Position numbers and translations under genes: made by a program. Of a stretch of 64,000 bases of DNA, positions 29,577 to 43,676 are shown piece by piece. The notes under the pieces are model-generated. The model saw only the letters and a list, made by a program, of their open reading frames with translations. It had not been told where the DNA came from and ran no database searches. Position 1 is the stretch's first letter. The number at the start of each line of letters is the position of its first letter. The stretch is from Chrysomallon squamiferum (Eukaryota; Animalia; Mollusca). The DNA is taken from contig CM022671.1 in assembly GCA_012295275.1 (NCBI GenBank), positions 21,142,001-21,206,000 of the forward strand, in the 5' to 3' direction.

Positions 29577-32301
29577 TAGGAATTCACCTTTTCAATTCTA
29601 GTTATTTCAGTTTTGGCGTGTTTGTTATTTGGCTCCAGAGTAAGAACTTTGTTGTAGTCTGACAGTGCCTCCTCCAGCTTGTGCTGACCAAGTCGAGCTG
29701 AAGCTCGTCGAAGGTAAGCTTTGATGTACAGTGGGTCTAGTGTCAGAGCCACTGTGCAGTCCACCTCTGCCTCAGGATATCTGAACAAAAATTTAAATAT
29801 TGCTAGTACAGAGAACTACTGATATAATTTTTAATGTTAGGATGCCAGAATTATTAAAATATACTTTTTTCTTCTTCACTTATGTAACAGTGATTGTTGC
29901 ATATTAATATGAAGAATTTATTAACTGTTTAGTAGTTTACTATGAAGAACAACTGAAGATCTGTTAAAATCCATTGGACACAATTACTACTGTAATCTAC
30001 ATTGCTCAGTAAAGAGGAATTTCAGTAATAGTAACATATATATATATATTGAGAGAGAGAGAGACACACACACACACACAAACACACACACAAATGAAAC
30101 AGAAAAATGAACTGATACCAAACAAGATATTTTAGAAATCTGTGACACACTTACTTATTTTGTTTGAGTAAAGCCATGGCTCTGTTTGCAGGAAGAATTG
30201 CATTTACAGGATCCAGCTCAATGCCACGAGTGTAAGAATCCACTGCTTCTTGGTATTTTCCCTTCTTGAAAAACTCATTGCCCTAAACCAAGAACAAAAC
30301 AAACACAACCAGATGGTTAAGTTGGCTGAATGCATAATGAAAAAAACAGTTAACACTGTTAATATTAATTAAAAAAAATACATATATAATAAATGACTTG
30401 ATTAATATTGATGACAGTTTGTTATCTGGACAAGTTTCTTTATCCATATGTTTATTATTTATATATCTATTTTATATGTATATCTTGGTATATCTATTTT
30501 TATATCTTATATCTACACTCCAGTAATCACATGTGACAAATCTTACTGTTTCTTTTTCACTTTCTGCTAGATGTTTTCTCCTTTCTAGTTCCCATTCTTC
30601 ATCAGTCTCATATTCAGAAGAAGATTTTTCAGCTTCATCACAAGCTTTATCCTAAGAATAAATTAATAAAAAGACAATGTTTGACAAAACCTGAACTATT
30701 TTAATCCTTACATTCTTAAGTTCAGACCCATACACATTGTTACTTGAAGATGAGAGGAGACAGAAAATTCAAAATAACCATTCAGTAACCACCACACATC
30801 AGTTAGCTATTACTTTGTGAATTAGTAAAGGAATTACTTTTTAATTATAGAGTTGATTTAATTCAAAAGCAAGAATCTAAAGTTATCCATACTGATTAAT
30901 GTGAAAAAAGGAAACAACAGTTGTAAATAAAAAATATAAAAATTCATTAATGTAGTATTTAATCTTTTCTCATTTTTCGGTTTGGGAATGTTTATAACTA
31001 ATTTCTATAAGACAAAAAATATATTTTGAGTATTTTTGTCTTTACTTACAACATCAAATTTATCCCATGCACTGTAATCGTAGCTGCTGATTCGTTTAGC
31101 GTTCTTCTCAGAATGATGTCCATTTTCAGCTGCTTTCTTTTTCACCTTTTTCCTCTTCTTCTTATCAAGACTGTTTCGAACAGGTGGCAATTTCTAAATT
31201 ATAAAAATATATAATTGAAATTAATTTGTTAGGGCACAGAACGTATTGCACCAAGTAATCAGTATCAACCACTTTGCCTACTCTGATATATAATATATAT
31301 ATTTATTATATATACACATATAATTAAAGATTTATTAAAAATACTAAAGATGGCCTCCATTACCAATATTATAAAAGAAATCATTAAAAATCAAAGCACA
31401 CTGAACTTGTCTATCATATCTGAATTCTGACAAAGAATTCAGCAGTCATAAACAATAGTTTGCTAGTTTATTATGGCCTTTAAAAGATTACAGGTTTATC
31501 TCTTCTAGAAGGCAGGTTTACAAGACCACTGTTGATTAACCTAGAGCAGGGTCCTCTCAGGCACAGGCCCCAATCAGTTTAAAGTTTTCCATACATCTAC
31601 CTCTATGTCTATGGATTTTAATTATATAATGTTAGAATAAGTGCTACATGAAGCTGCTAGTATAAATTTACATCAGTGAATACAGTGATCCCAGTTTAGC
31701 AACCCAAACTTTATTTGTACTGGAAGTTTATTACAAACCTGCACCAACAACTACTTTTCATTTATTATTCTGCTGAGCCAATGAAACTTATTAGTTAAAG
31801 TTATAAAAATATTTTCTTGGAATATATAATGAATATTTTCTTTCTTTCTTTCTTTATTATGGTTTTCTTTTCTGTTACTTTGTTTTTTTGTTGTTTTTTT
31901 CAGTGAAATCAAGGTTTTGTTATATTTTTGGTTATTGTCTGGTTACGATATAGGTTGTTTGTACATTTGATGATATTAACAGTAAGTAAATATTCATGAA
32001 AGGTTATTACACAGTTGCTGGTGACGCACTGTTAATGAAGGAAAACCGATACAAACGAGAAGTGAGTTTGAGGCGCTAAGTGCGAGATACATTGCAAAAA
32101 ATTTAATTTTAATAATCCATCAGTAAATTAATGTTGTACCGGTTCTTCCACGAGTTGCTTCTTTCCCAGTTCACGATCTTTGGCTGCAATATCTGATGTC
32201 CAACTGTCCAAATCGGATAAGTAATCGTGCAATTCAAGTTGATTTTCTTTCAACTGCTGCTGCAGTACTATCATTTTCTCTTCGTGTTTAGAAACAGACA
32301 T
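26344..32301 (-). CDS. RPAP3: RNA polymerase II-associated protein 3 (R2TP co-chaperone; N-terminal helix, TPR domain, RPAP3_C domain)
   Basis: Exons (minus): 32301-32140 (MSVSKHEEKMIVLQQQLKENQLELHDYLSDLDSWTSDIAAKDREL), 31193-31050 (LPPVRN...RISSYDYSAWDKFDV), 30651-30547, 30282-30155 (GNEFFKKGKYQEAVDSYTRGIELDP...ANRAMALLK), 29780-29588 (DCTVALTLDPLYIKAYLRRASAR...LEPNNK), 28719-28615, 28394-27831 (KPLRRLIIEEI...VPQTSFQF), 27355-27258, 27057-26963 (EVPRFDVAVMFLS), 26435-26344. These motifs match RPAP3/Spag as I recall them. Confidence 0.93.
28960..29270 (+). repeat. Intronic minisatellite (about 38-40 bp unit)
   Basis: Recurrent ttataaaaatataatgaacattcaaagtacatttt(g/a)ga. Confidence 0.75.
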
Positions 32302-32520
32302 TTTAAAGCTAGTTCTAGTTGTATTTAAATCGTATTCTTGTGTTGACTAATAATTGTTTCGGAAAACATTTCACGACATGGGTGCAGACATGTTAAATTC
32401 TCTAGAATATTATTTCCGGTTTGAGATCATATCCGCTTAGCGACAAACTGTTAGTGTTACAGATACCAGATTTGGTTTGCTCTTCAACTCGGCGGTTTTT
32501 CTAAATGCTGGTTACCTTCA
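32302..32520. promoter_or_regulatory. Putative RPAP3 / TMEM229 divergent promoter region
   Basis: Local CpG enrichment and ETS-like TTCCGG / CGGAA cores just upstream of the RPAP3 ATG; the divergent TMEM229 exon lies about 750 bp away. Confidence 0.4.
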
Positions 32521-32725
32521 AAATACAAAATACATCTGAGGCAGTGTAACAAAAATCAAAAGTGTCAAATTTTTACTAAATAATTAAATAGTATAAAAAT
32601 TAAGAACGTTTGCAATATCAAAGTTTAAACGTAGATGTTTTTTTATATAATATGAGTGGCGTACTTTTTATATAGTTGTGAACGTATGTGTATGTAATAT
32701 TGTATGCATTTTATACATACGTTCC

Positions 32726-32799
<74 letters not shown>

Positions 32800-33050
32800 A
32801 TGTTTCTGGATCATGCCTTCCCAACCAATGCTGTCAATGTTTATGAACGTCTGTAGAAAAAAAAGCATATGTAACAACAACAACAACAACAACAACAATA
32901 ATAATAATAATAATAATAATAAATTAATATAAATCATTATATTAAAATATTAAAAAAAAAAAAAAAAAAAAAAAGGTTCAGCCTAACTTTTTTTGTAATA
33001 TCTGTCTTAATTCAATGAACATACAGTAACGCTTTTGTTTACCCTTCAGG

Positions 33051-35040
33051 ATGATGGCCAATGCGGAATATACACGTAATTACCATGGTGTCCGTTCATA
33101 CACTCCTGTAAGTAAAGAGACGTGCATAATTCGGATTATGAATGAAATAAAATAATATCACACACATTTTCTTTCTTTCTCCGTTTCCATATATATAATA
33201 TATATATGTTATTCGTATAAAATTAAGGGATGAACTATATATGCATGTGTGCAATCAGTCAAAAACCTATTACTTAACATCGGTCATCATTTCTGATTAA
33301 CATATCGTAAGACGTTCATTACGTCAAAGTATTACAAACAGAGGGAAGATGGCGCTGCAGGGTATTAAATTACTGGTATTCGTTCTTTTCTGTCTGGCTA
33401 TTCAGATATTCTGTCACAAAAGTCCGGGACCTTGAGGCACACGCAGTTCATTCAGTTTTCATTGAGTGTTAATACGAACGGAGCGACCCACACTGACTAT
33501 TTTCTATCTCAAGGTAAACAGTGTAGAATCTATTATCGATTAATTTCGGTTGCATGCATGGCAACCTTACTGCGGAACACTGCGTAATCACTTTGTGCAC
33601 ACTAACGAACGCCCGGCAACATTTCTGTGAGTAGTAATATGTATAATTTTATATTTACGCTAATTTTGCTAAGCTGGTGGAAATTATTTGTAGATTGCAT
33701 GATACAAGAAAGGTTTATGTATGCATTTATACTGGGCTTTCGTCACGAAGAAAATCCCAAGACGAGTCCTGAATGTTAGTTTTACACTGAAAACAGGAGT
33801 TTGACGGTCAATTTTATTTTGTGTCGTAAAGAACGCAGATGAGGAGCTTGTTATTGATTTGTGTTTTAACTGTTTACATCAGCATTACAGTAACGTTAAT
33901 TAGCTGCCATGCATATAAATATTTATAACTATACTGTTATATTTGCTTATCTTCAACTTAGTAAGTTTATTTATACAATTATAAATTAATAATGGTGAGG
34001 GCTTCAAAATTTCCACGTGCAGGAAGACGCAATGAAATCGTTCACCCATAAAAGATTACTACAAATGTGAGTAATACTGTCAGTTATGTCTAAATCTGAA
34101 TATACACAATCATCTATAGATGTCTATTTGGAATAATAGATATGTAAATAAATAGATATTTTAAAGTTACTAATAAATTAATTTTCTAATGCTTGAATAC
34201 ATGTCAGAATTCAGAAAACGCACAAGATATTGGCTGTAATGATTATGTTACTTTTTTTTATCTGAAATCTGAAGTGCTGAAACTTTGTTACACTGATTGA
34301 CAGTCAAAGTTACTTATTTTAAATAATTGTTGTCTTGCGGGTTAGTAATTACAAAACAACCAATTGCGCCTACAGGGATCAAGCGTCAGCAGGTGCCATA
34401 TCTGAATTGAGTTGCTTAAATAAATCGCTGAGTCATAACATTTAAACTTCGCTCTGTAAGTCACGTGACACGAAACTATTTTCTATTCTAGTCGTTGGAT
34501 TTATTATTATTATATTTATTATTATTATAAAGTTTGTAAATTGATTTTAGCATGTACGTTTCCAGACATTTATTCAAAGTTAAGTATAAGTAACCAGTGT
34601 AATTGACATTCGTGTAATTTGTTTTATCGTGTGAAGAGGACATTACAAAATTTATTTATTTTAGCACTTTTAGGTTTGTAATAATTTTATCATTTATTTT
34701 GTCCGGGACTGGATACTATGAGAAACAGTGGATACTTACCCAAAATAACCTGAATCCTAAATTCTGTATTATACATGACTATTTCGTTTCATGTTATTTT
34801 ATTGTATTTTATAAAACTGTTTAAAAGAAAGAAATGTCGCGAAATTTAATAATATTAATATAATTATCTGGCAGTGATGTTTTTGAAAAGATCCTTGTTG
34901 TTTTAATAATTACAGCGTATGGCTTAGTCGACGGAACTTTATAATGCGATTAATTATATGTCAGTAGGTAATAAGGTGGTGGAATTAATGGTTCTTGTGT
35001 TGTAATTTTCAGTTCTACTTTATAAACGTAAAAAAAAAAA

Positions 35041-35083
<43 letters not shown>

Positions 35084-35966
35084 CAAAAAAAATAGAAAAA
35101 TAAAAAAACAAGAAAAAACCGCCTCCTGGATATTACATTTTCCAGGTCACTAGGACAATAAAATTAATTTATTTGCTGAAGCACATTGGATATACGATCG
35201 AAATCCTTCATGGCGCATTGGCACATGTCCAGTGCTTATAATAGAAATTGCAGACTTCAAAATAGAATTAATAATTACTTGATAGCAATAGCTGACTGTG
35301 GGAACTAAGTTTATTTGAGTAGTTTCGTTGTTACGTAAAAGTTTATTTTCCAGAACATGTTTGTAATTATTTATTCATTCGTTCAAATAAATATTACTAT
35401 TTAAATAATGATAATTGTATATTTAGAAATAATAAATAAATAAATAAATAAATAAATAAAAACATATAACGTGTTTTTCTTTCTTTCAGGACATGCAGCA
35501 TTCATTTTCACCCATACCAGCCTGGGCACGGTTCTGCTTCTACGGGATGCACGGGTTACTGGACGAAATAGTCTTCACAGCCCTGTTCGATTTGATCTTC
35601 AAGGGCAATCAACAACTGCGAGGACACTCGTCGATTTTTTCGTTTTTCATCTTCGGCTGTTGCAGCTTCGCCGTGGAACAGTTGTACGTGCGAAAACTGA
35701 AGAATCGCGTACCTCGCATTCTTCGCATACTGCTGTACTTAATTATTTTGTATTCCTGGGAATTCTGCACGGGCTTTATTCTCAGGAAGTTCGATGCATG
35801 TTCATGGGACTACAGTCATTACAATTACAACGTCATGGGTCTGATTACATTCGAATACGCTCCGGGATGGCTGGTTCTCTGCGTGTGGCAAGACGTGATG
35901 GCGGATTTTCTCCTTTCGTTACACGTCAATGTTTCATTCAACAAGTCTGCCGAGAAAGCGTCTTGA
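33051..35966 (+). CDS. TMEM229B: Transmembrane protein 229-like (single TMEM229 module)
   Basis: Main exon 35490-35966 after a tttcag acceptor: RFCFYGMHGLLDEIVFTA...GHSSIFSFFIFG...YSWEFCTGFILRKFDACSWDYSHYNYNVMGLITFEYAPGW, the TMEM229 signature. A candidate in-frame upstream exon at 33051-33107 (MMANAEYTRNYHGVRSYTP, GTAAGT donor, phase 0) is less certain; ATG 35493 is an alternative start. Confidence 0.85.
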
Positions 35967-36031
35967 TGAGTCTTACCGTAGGCTCACTTTAAAACATTTT
36001 ATATTTATGTTTTTATATTAATATTATTACT

Positions 36032-36117
<86 letters not shown>

Positions 36118-36539
36118 TTTTAAGTTGAAGATTTATTGACATTCCCTTCTGAACACTATGCAATAGCAAATATAGGCATTAAATCGCAATACCAGAAATG
36201 TTCTTTCATTTTGTCAGGTCCGTCCATTCTGCTGCAATGAGATTTGTTTGTACAATTTATTTTGTGTTCTTATGTTGTACATTTTTTTTTCTTTCCATCA
36301 TATATAAAATAAACAAATAAATAAGGTTCGTGAACACTAAGGTCATACTGGTGTTTGACCATTATTTTGATTTTATTTATTTATTTATTTATTTATTTAT
36401 TATTATTTTATCTATAATCTTTTTTGTATTTGAATGTTCTGTTTCATGAAATAATTAGACTATCACTGAGATTAAATATTATATACATGTATAAATAAAA
36501 TCTGGAAGAAACTACTTATTTATTTGTTTTTATTATATA

Positions 36540-36594
<55 letters not shown>

Positions 36595-36833
36595 TTATTC
36601 CTATCCCTTCCCATAACAATATTCCTATATGCGTCAGACTATGTTTATAAATATATCATCTCTGGTGTATTCCTAAGTCGATTACGGTTACTTAAAAAAC
36701 AAATAAATCTGTATGCTACATTCCATTCTTAAACTACTGTGTCACAAATATCTTTTTTGTAATCTGGTCGATTACTTCTTTATCTTCTTTTCATTAATGT
36801 CCTTGTCTATAATTCAAGAAAGCCATTCATTTT

Positions 36834-36865
<32 letters not shown>

Positions 36866-38811
36866 TTTTTTTTCATTTTTTTTACGCCTTTTCAGACAGT
36901 TTCAGTTACAAAGCATAATTAATTATATAGATTTTTTTTTGTTTCTTTATGTAATAAGAATACACCCTTTGCCACTTCATTCTTTACATTTGATGTCTCT
37001 TGCAAGAAACAACTTTTTTCTTCTTCTTTTTCTACCGTTAACGACCGTCTTAACTGATTTCCATGTCTGTTGACGTCTTTTGTTCCCGATACATTCAGTG
37101 ACTGTCTTACTTGGATATCTGTCGTGACTGAATATCTATTTTCACATGTCAAACGGTAATGTGGTTTTAATGTCTTCAGAGACTCAACAATCCTTTTTTT
37201 TATTTTTTATTTTATTTTTTATTTTTTAAAGCATTTTTCAAAAATCTGTTGTCAGTAAATGATTATATATCTGAGGATCAAAAACTATTATTTAATATAT
37301 AATAATACACATAATCATTACTTTATTTGCCTAATAAATGAGTGATAGACTTACTGTCAATAATAGTCTTCATTCCTTTTTTTTTTCTTTTTTTTTTTTT
37401 AACTATCATTTTTGTTCGCAGACAAATACCTATTTATTTATGTGTATATGTGATATATAATAAACGAACAATTGCTATTATTTATTGCTTCGTAGAAACT
37501 CCGTATCCCAGGAACAATTTATTATAAAGTTACGATCATAACAGCAGAAATGCACGGACATGTTCTCATTTCCATTTTGTAATTGGTTCACAGATTACAG
37601 CACTTAAATTCTATTCATGACGCACTGTCGCATAGAACCAGGCGTACCTACAGGTCTGTAATGCGTTTGTTTTTCTACTCGCTTGCCGTTGTTACAACAG
37701 ATCACAAGAGAGTGTCGCTTTCAGCGCGATAACCGCATTGAACACTGACATTTCTTTTGTGTAATAAAAAAAAGAAAAGAAAGAACGATTTGGTGAGATA
37801 GGGGAGTGAAAAAGAAAATCATTTCTGAACGGCAGCTACGCTACGAAAGAGCGATTCACTGGAACGCCGCGTTTTGTATACACTCGAGTTGTTTTCAAGC
37901 ATGTGCTGGACACATACGTATAGCAAAATACTGGTTAGACGCTTGGTATTTATATGGTGTGTGTTTGTTGATTTTTAAAACAAACAAAAATACAGAATAT
38001 TTCACACAAGCAACAAAAAACAAAAAGAGGGGAAAAAATGGTGTTTATAGTTTTAATAGTTTGACGTGGATATATATGCTAACTGCAAACCTACACAAAG
38101 AGTTACATGAACCGCTGCTGTTGAATGTTTATGAAAACCTTTACATCCGGAAGAAAAAACAGGATTTAACGAGTTTCTGCTAGTGATATATAACCTATTA
38201 CGTAATTAAAAAGGTTTTCTTTCTTCTTTAAGAAAAGGAAACAAGAAAAATGGAAGTATATGTGTTCAAAATGTAAGTTTAAACGCAAGTGATTAAAAAC
38301 ATTGTCAAAACACTGCTGTATCTGTAAGAAAAGGAAGTACATTAGTATACTGTGTTAATGTTTTCTATAATTTATAAAATGAAATTATTTGGCTTTAACG
38401 TTATCAGTATTGTCCTTTGTCAGATTTCATATTAAATGATTGTGTCTTCGGAATGAATTCCTGTTTAGATAAATTCAGTACCAGTGTAATAAAAAGCTAC
38501 GCTAGACAGCTGCCAAACTGTCAAAAAATTATTCATCGGTTTTTTATTTTCTTTAAGAGGTAACCTAATACACAAAACAATGATTATAAAGGAAACAAGG
38601 TAAGCTGTAGAACAGAAAACGATCAGTTTTGAAACGACCGATCTTGATATTTAAAAATATATATGTATATTATTATGTAAATTTATTTTAAAAGAAAGAA
38701 AGAAAGAAAAAAGAACACAGTATTTCATAACTGATTTATGCATATTTAGAACATAGATATTATTAAGTGAATATTGAAAATTTCAGACAGTAAAACGGAG
38801 TCGCTTTAATC

Positions 38812-40155
38812 ATGGCAGCCAGAAAAGTTAGTGCACCTGTTTCTCTTGAAGGAGAACGCCGGAAAGCTATGATGCTTGTGCATGCTGTAGAAAAAATGCT
38901 TCTTAAGTTTAAAGAACGATATTTCCGAAAACCGATGAATAAATTTTCGTCTGATACAGACGACTATATATCTTTTGTCATTGAAAAGACTGGCTCTATC
39001 AAAAAACCGCCGAAAGATTATAAAGAGTTTTCTGTGATCGCTAACAAAGTGAGAACAAGTTCAGCACTTCTGTTTAGAAATGAACTCGAACTCTTGGACG
39101 AAGCGATCGAAAGACAGAGAATGTTTGATGAATTAATGACATCAGCAATGGCGAAACTAAACGAAGCTCTGGACAAACATGTTACAAAATTTTGTCTCAG
39201 TTTCGCCCCTGAAGCTAATGGGTTTGATATCAAATGCGTACAGGAATACGAAAACGGCATCAATCGATGGCAGAGTTCTATCAACGACGTCAAAGGTCTG
39301 CTAAATGATATTCTTAACAGTTTACAGCAACAAGGATCAACACAGTTTGTCCACTATATCAAAAACTATTCTAAAATCCTTCATTATATGGGACTTGCTT
39401 TGGATGTATTTCCTCGCATTTCAAATCCTATAAAAGACTGGGTAACAGCCGATGAGGCATACCCGCGTAAACTGATGGACGAAGCAAACTGCCTTGAGAA
39501 AAGAAAGCTTGAAATAACAGACGTATCCCGGCGACAGCAATTACGTTTAGAAGATGCACAGCAGAAAGCCTCAAGGAAAACTTACCAGAGCAAAAAACTT
39601 CAGGATAAACTTTACGATGCATTATCGGAGAGGAAGATGTACCGGAAAAGGGAGCTAATTCTGCATGAAAACTACGCTAGGCTCGAAGATGAATTAGCAG
39701 AAAAGAAGAAAGACTTGGAGGAAGCTATGCAGAATGTTTATCACAGGCAGGCGAGTTCGAGAGGGGCTTACGATCGTTTAGTTTCTGTCACGTCTGCACT
39801 GCAGCAGGAGGTTTCAAAGCTTGAGAAACGTCTGGAACATTTAAGGTGGAACTTGGTACAGATGAGAAAAGAGCGTTACGCCTTACAGAAAGAAGTGCAT
39901 AGACTGCAGGTATACTTCACTGATTTTAAAATAGTTATATTAAGGGTAAAGGAACGTTGCTTTGAATTTACGAATGTCAAATAACAGAGAAAAGAAAAAG
40001 AAAAAGAAAACAAGAATAAAACAAAAATGAAAAATAATAAAAAATAAAAATGAAAAAAAATAAAAAATAAATAAATAAATAAATAAAATTTTAAAATAGA
40101 TGAAATGAAATTAAATAAAATAAATATTAAAGCCTAAATCAAGATTTAAAACAAG

Positions 40156-40203
<48 letters not shown>

Positions 40204-41953
40204 TTGGTATATATACAGGTTATGTTTGAGAAGAGTCTCAAGCATGAAATGCACATGTACGAAAGTGCTCAGAACGAGACGGAGGAAACTAAGAACATAG
40301 ATGATGAATACAGAAGTTTAAATGAACGAATAGAAATTCTTCGCCGCATCCGGGCAATCAAGATGCATCCTAACACCGTTAAGAAAATCCACAATGAGGG
40401 ATATACGCCAGGAGCAAAGATAGACGTAACAGGTAGAGAGCTAGTAGCGATAATCATCATCCAGTTTCAATCTTGCTAGTTTACTCATTAGATTAGCGGA
40501 TTTTTATCAAGCAACACATCACAAGCTGTATTTATTACTAGTTACCAATCTTTGTTTATAATAAAGTATGACAAAACAACGTTTGGAAGCTGACATTTCC
40601 TCCCACACATATTCCTCACTCTGTTACATATCCAGTAATGACGTCACAGAGCAAAGGGAAATGTCAGCTTCCATGCGTCCTCGAGAACTTTTATTTTTGT
40701 TAGCTTACTTTATTTGTAGCAATGAATAAGTTACTAGTTGTAATTAAAATAATAACTAAGACATATACAATTTTATCAAGACGTTTTTAGCACCAAAGGT
40801 AAATTTAATTGCAAATGCCACTTATTTATAATACTGTTTACTATGCGCTAACCTATCTCAGTACATGGGGAAAGTTAAATAACAAAGCGTGCTTGCTATA
40901 CACAAGATTACAGTAAACGTAGTATTTATTAAAGCTATTAGAAAGCTTGTTAGGCAGACTGAATAACTGAAGACTTTATCAGCGATTCGTAATGCAATCT
41001 GCTACGTTTTCAAACAAACGTATCAGGGCACTAACCGAGTATTGTAAAGTAAACAGTACTTTCCATTCCACAAGCCCTTATTCTCTGCCAGTTGATTATT
41101 TACCATGTACTTTATGTATTTATCTTTGAGACTTTGACACTTTATAGACATGGATTATTCTTCTTCTTCTTTTTCTTTTTTATTTTTATTTTTTATTTAT
41201 AGAAATTAAACTGATACATGATATAATTTGTTTTTTTGCACTGACAGTAAATTTTTGCAAGCTGTTGCTTTAAACCACAACTGCTACAACCTAACTTGTA
41301 TTATCGATCATAAGTATGAGGATATATTCATGGACAGGAAAGCGTTCCATCACTTTTTGGTAAACCAGTCGTAGGGCTCTAGCTGAAACGAGAAAAAAGT
41401 AATGCTATTACTAATTACGAATTTATTTGAACTTTTCCATTCATTGATATTACACACTCTTCATATCCTTCATCCGCATCTGATGCAGCTGAGGCTTGTT
41501 GTAGCCTACCTTTAATTATTTTTAAAGATTTGGGCTGAAGTTTTATCAATCACAACACGAATCTTTCTTAACCTTAGCGCGCGCGTTGCTTTCGTTATAA
41601 CCAATACATGAGGACTGGTCTATATCACTTTCTGTCTAGCGGAAGGTGTATAATATTATGTAAAAGAAATATGTCACTGATATTTATTACAAGGTACTGA
41701 GAAGTTAAATATTCTTCATATGTCCTGGGTTATCCCTCTTCCCCTCTCCCTTTCTCTATCTCCATATTTAGTCTTTTAATCTCTTATATATATATATATA
41801 TATACATATATATTCTTAATCAGCCATTTTAACAGAAAAATAAACAATTAAAAAAGTTAAGTATATTCATTATTTTGACTTTAAATTTACGCTCACATTT
41901 TAACAATAATTAAAAAAAAAAAAAAAAAAAAAATGTATAAATAAAAAGTACCA

Positions 41954-41987
<34 letters not shown>

Positions 41988-43408
41988 AAAAAAATTTTAG
42001 GCGCTTTAACGATTATAGAGCTCGATATATTATTAATTATAATAATAATAATAATTTGCTTCAGATCAGCTGACGGAAGCTTTCAGGATTGCCGCACCGG
42101 ATATAGGCAAGGACTGGCCCACCTTTTACCAGAAACTTCCTTTCCGCCCGCCCCGGGATTGTAATTTAAGGAATCATGATATAGAATGTAAATGATATTA
42201 GTTTGAGTTAAGTTTTGAATGTAGTATGCTTACATAGTTAATGCGACTAATGTATATATGGTAATTTGTCTAGGTTTTGTTACTGTTATTTTGTTTTTCT
42301 GTATTAACGGTCAACGCACAAGTAATAGGTCTGTAACTAAACATACTGTCATAACATAGCTAAAGGCACAGTTTAGTTCATAAGTTTTAATTTATTATTA
42401 TTATTATTATTACTGTTTGTTTTATATGATTATTACTAATCAATAACTTTTGAACTGAAATAGCTATAAATATCTAATAAATGATTTTTCAAAAAGGTAA
42501 TATGTTTTTGTTTTAAATGTTTATCTTCAGCTTCCTATTATTATTAGTAGTAGTAGTAGTAGTAGTGATGATAGTAGTAGTAGTTATATTAACATTATTA
42601 TTATAATTATTTCTGTTATTACATGTGTGTAGGTATATGTATGTATGTGTATGTATGTTATCTACAATTATAGAGGTATACTCATAATATTGTCAATATA
42701 AATAATAATAATTATTATAAACAAATAGTTGAGTACGCTAGAATGATCATCAGTTACGAGCTTTCTTTCACAATATTAAATATCCTTTTGTGTATTTATC
42801 TGTAATTCGTAGAAAAAAAAAAAAAAAAAAAAATGAAAGAAAGAAAGAAATAATTGTTCTGGTATCCATTTTGAAAAGGTAGAAATCAACCTTATGCTAT
42901 CTAAGCTAAATCAATTTTTTCTCTTTTTTTTTCTTTCTTTAGTTCTAATTTATTATTTATTGACTGATTTAATAATATTGGTTTCAGTGGGTTTAAAATA
43001 TCATATACATTTCAGAGTTTTTGTCATGACAGTGTATAGTTTAATTGGCAAATATCCAACAAAATTAATATTTATCTAAGGGTGGGGTTTTTTTTCTGTT
43101 TATTTATTTATGTGTTATATCCAAACAAAATTTAACGATTTTTCATTTGTATGTATCTTTGTTTCTTTCTTTCGTTATTTTGTTTGTTAATTTTAATTCA
43201 TTTTACATTTTCCCTCTTTGTTTCAGTGATTGACTTGAGCTCTCAGCGCCATGATCTTGGACTCAGAGAAACCGTTGTGAAGAGTTTAGACAAATGGAAA
43301 CGTTTGAGTAATTCAGCAACAGTCTCTTCGTTTGTGGACACTTTAAAAACCACCAGGAAGACCGCCACAGCCAAGAAAATACGCAAAGCTTTGCTCTCCT
43401 CTGACTGA
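38812..43408 (+). CDS. Uncharacterised long coiled-coil protein with C-terminal death-domain-like fold
   Basis: Exons 38812-39909, 40219-40432, 42065-42187, 43227-43408 with matching phases. The middle is heptad-rich (LEKRKLEI...LEDELAEKKKDLEEA...LQKEVHRLQ). The C-terminus LTEAFRIAAPDIGKDWPTFYQKL...DIELID...VVKSLDKWKRLSNSATVSSFVDTLKTTRK fits the death-domain pattern (IG.DW..L...L; L..W....ATV..L...L). Confidence 0.8.
40530..40745. mobile_element. Palindromic MITE-like element with a perfect 17-bp inverted repeat core
   Basis: tggaagctgacatttcc (40584-40600) and ggaaatgtcagcttcca (40657-40673) are exact reverse complements. There is an inner ctctgttac/gtcacagag pair, and the outer arms are degenerate. 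Confidence 0.55.
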
Positions 43409-43676
43409 CTTCACCCAAAGAATAGTACACATTATTATTATTATTACACAGACCATGTATTGTATATTGATGTAAATAAATATTTATGATTTTCTTTCAC
43501 TTGCTTATTAATTATTATTACAATATCAGGGCTGATCTACAATTTCATAAAAGAGGGAATATAAATTAAATTAGTGATGAAATAATTGTCTGAATCCAGT
43601 AAATATTTTAAATACAAGTATTCAGTCATTTGACTGTTAACAGTTAATCGTAACTTGGCACGGTTTCAGAATTTCA

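Noticed and set aside
33433-33465. Selenocysteine readthrough of the small ORF's TGA
   Set aside because: Another stop follows within 10 codons and no convincing SECIS was seen.
33548-33565. RFX X-box-like sequences (also near 50280)
   Set aside because: Only half-sites or non-canonical spacing, so support is insufficient.
37806-38183. 125-aa ORF upstream of the death-domain gene (also 48448-48831)
   Set aside because: Weak or non-ATG start and no domain features. The nearby donor at about 38273 would give a non-coding leader because the frame hits TAA after the acceptor.
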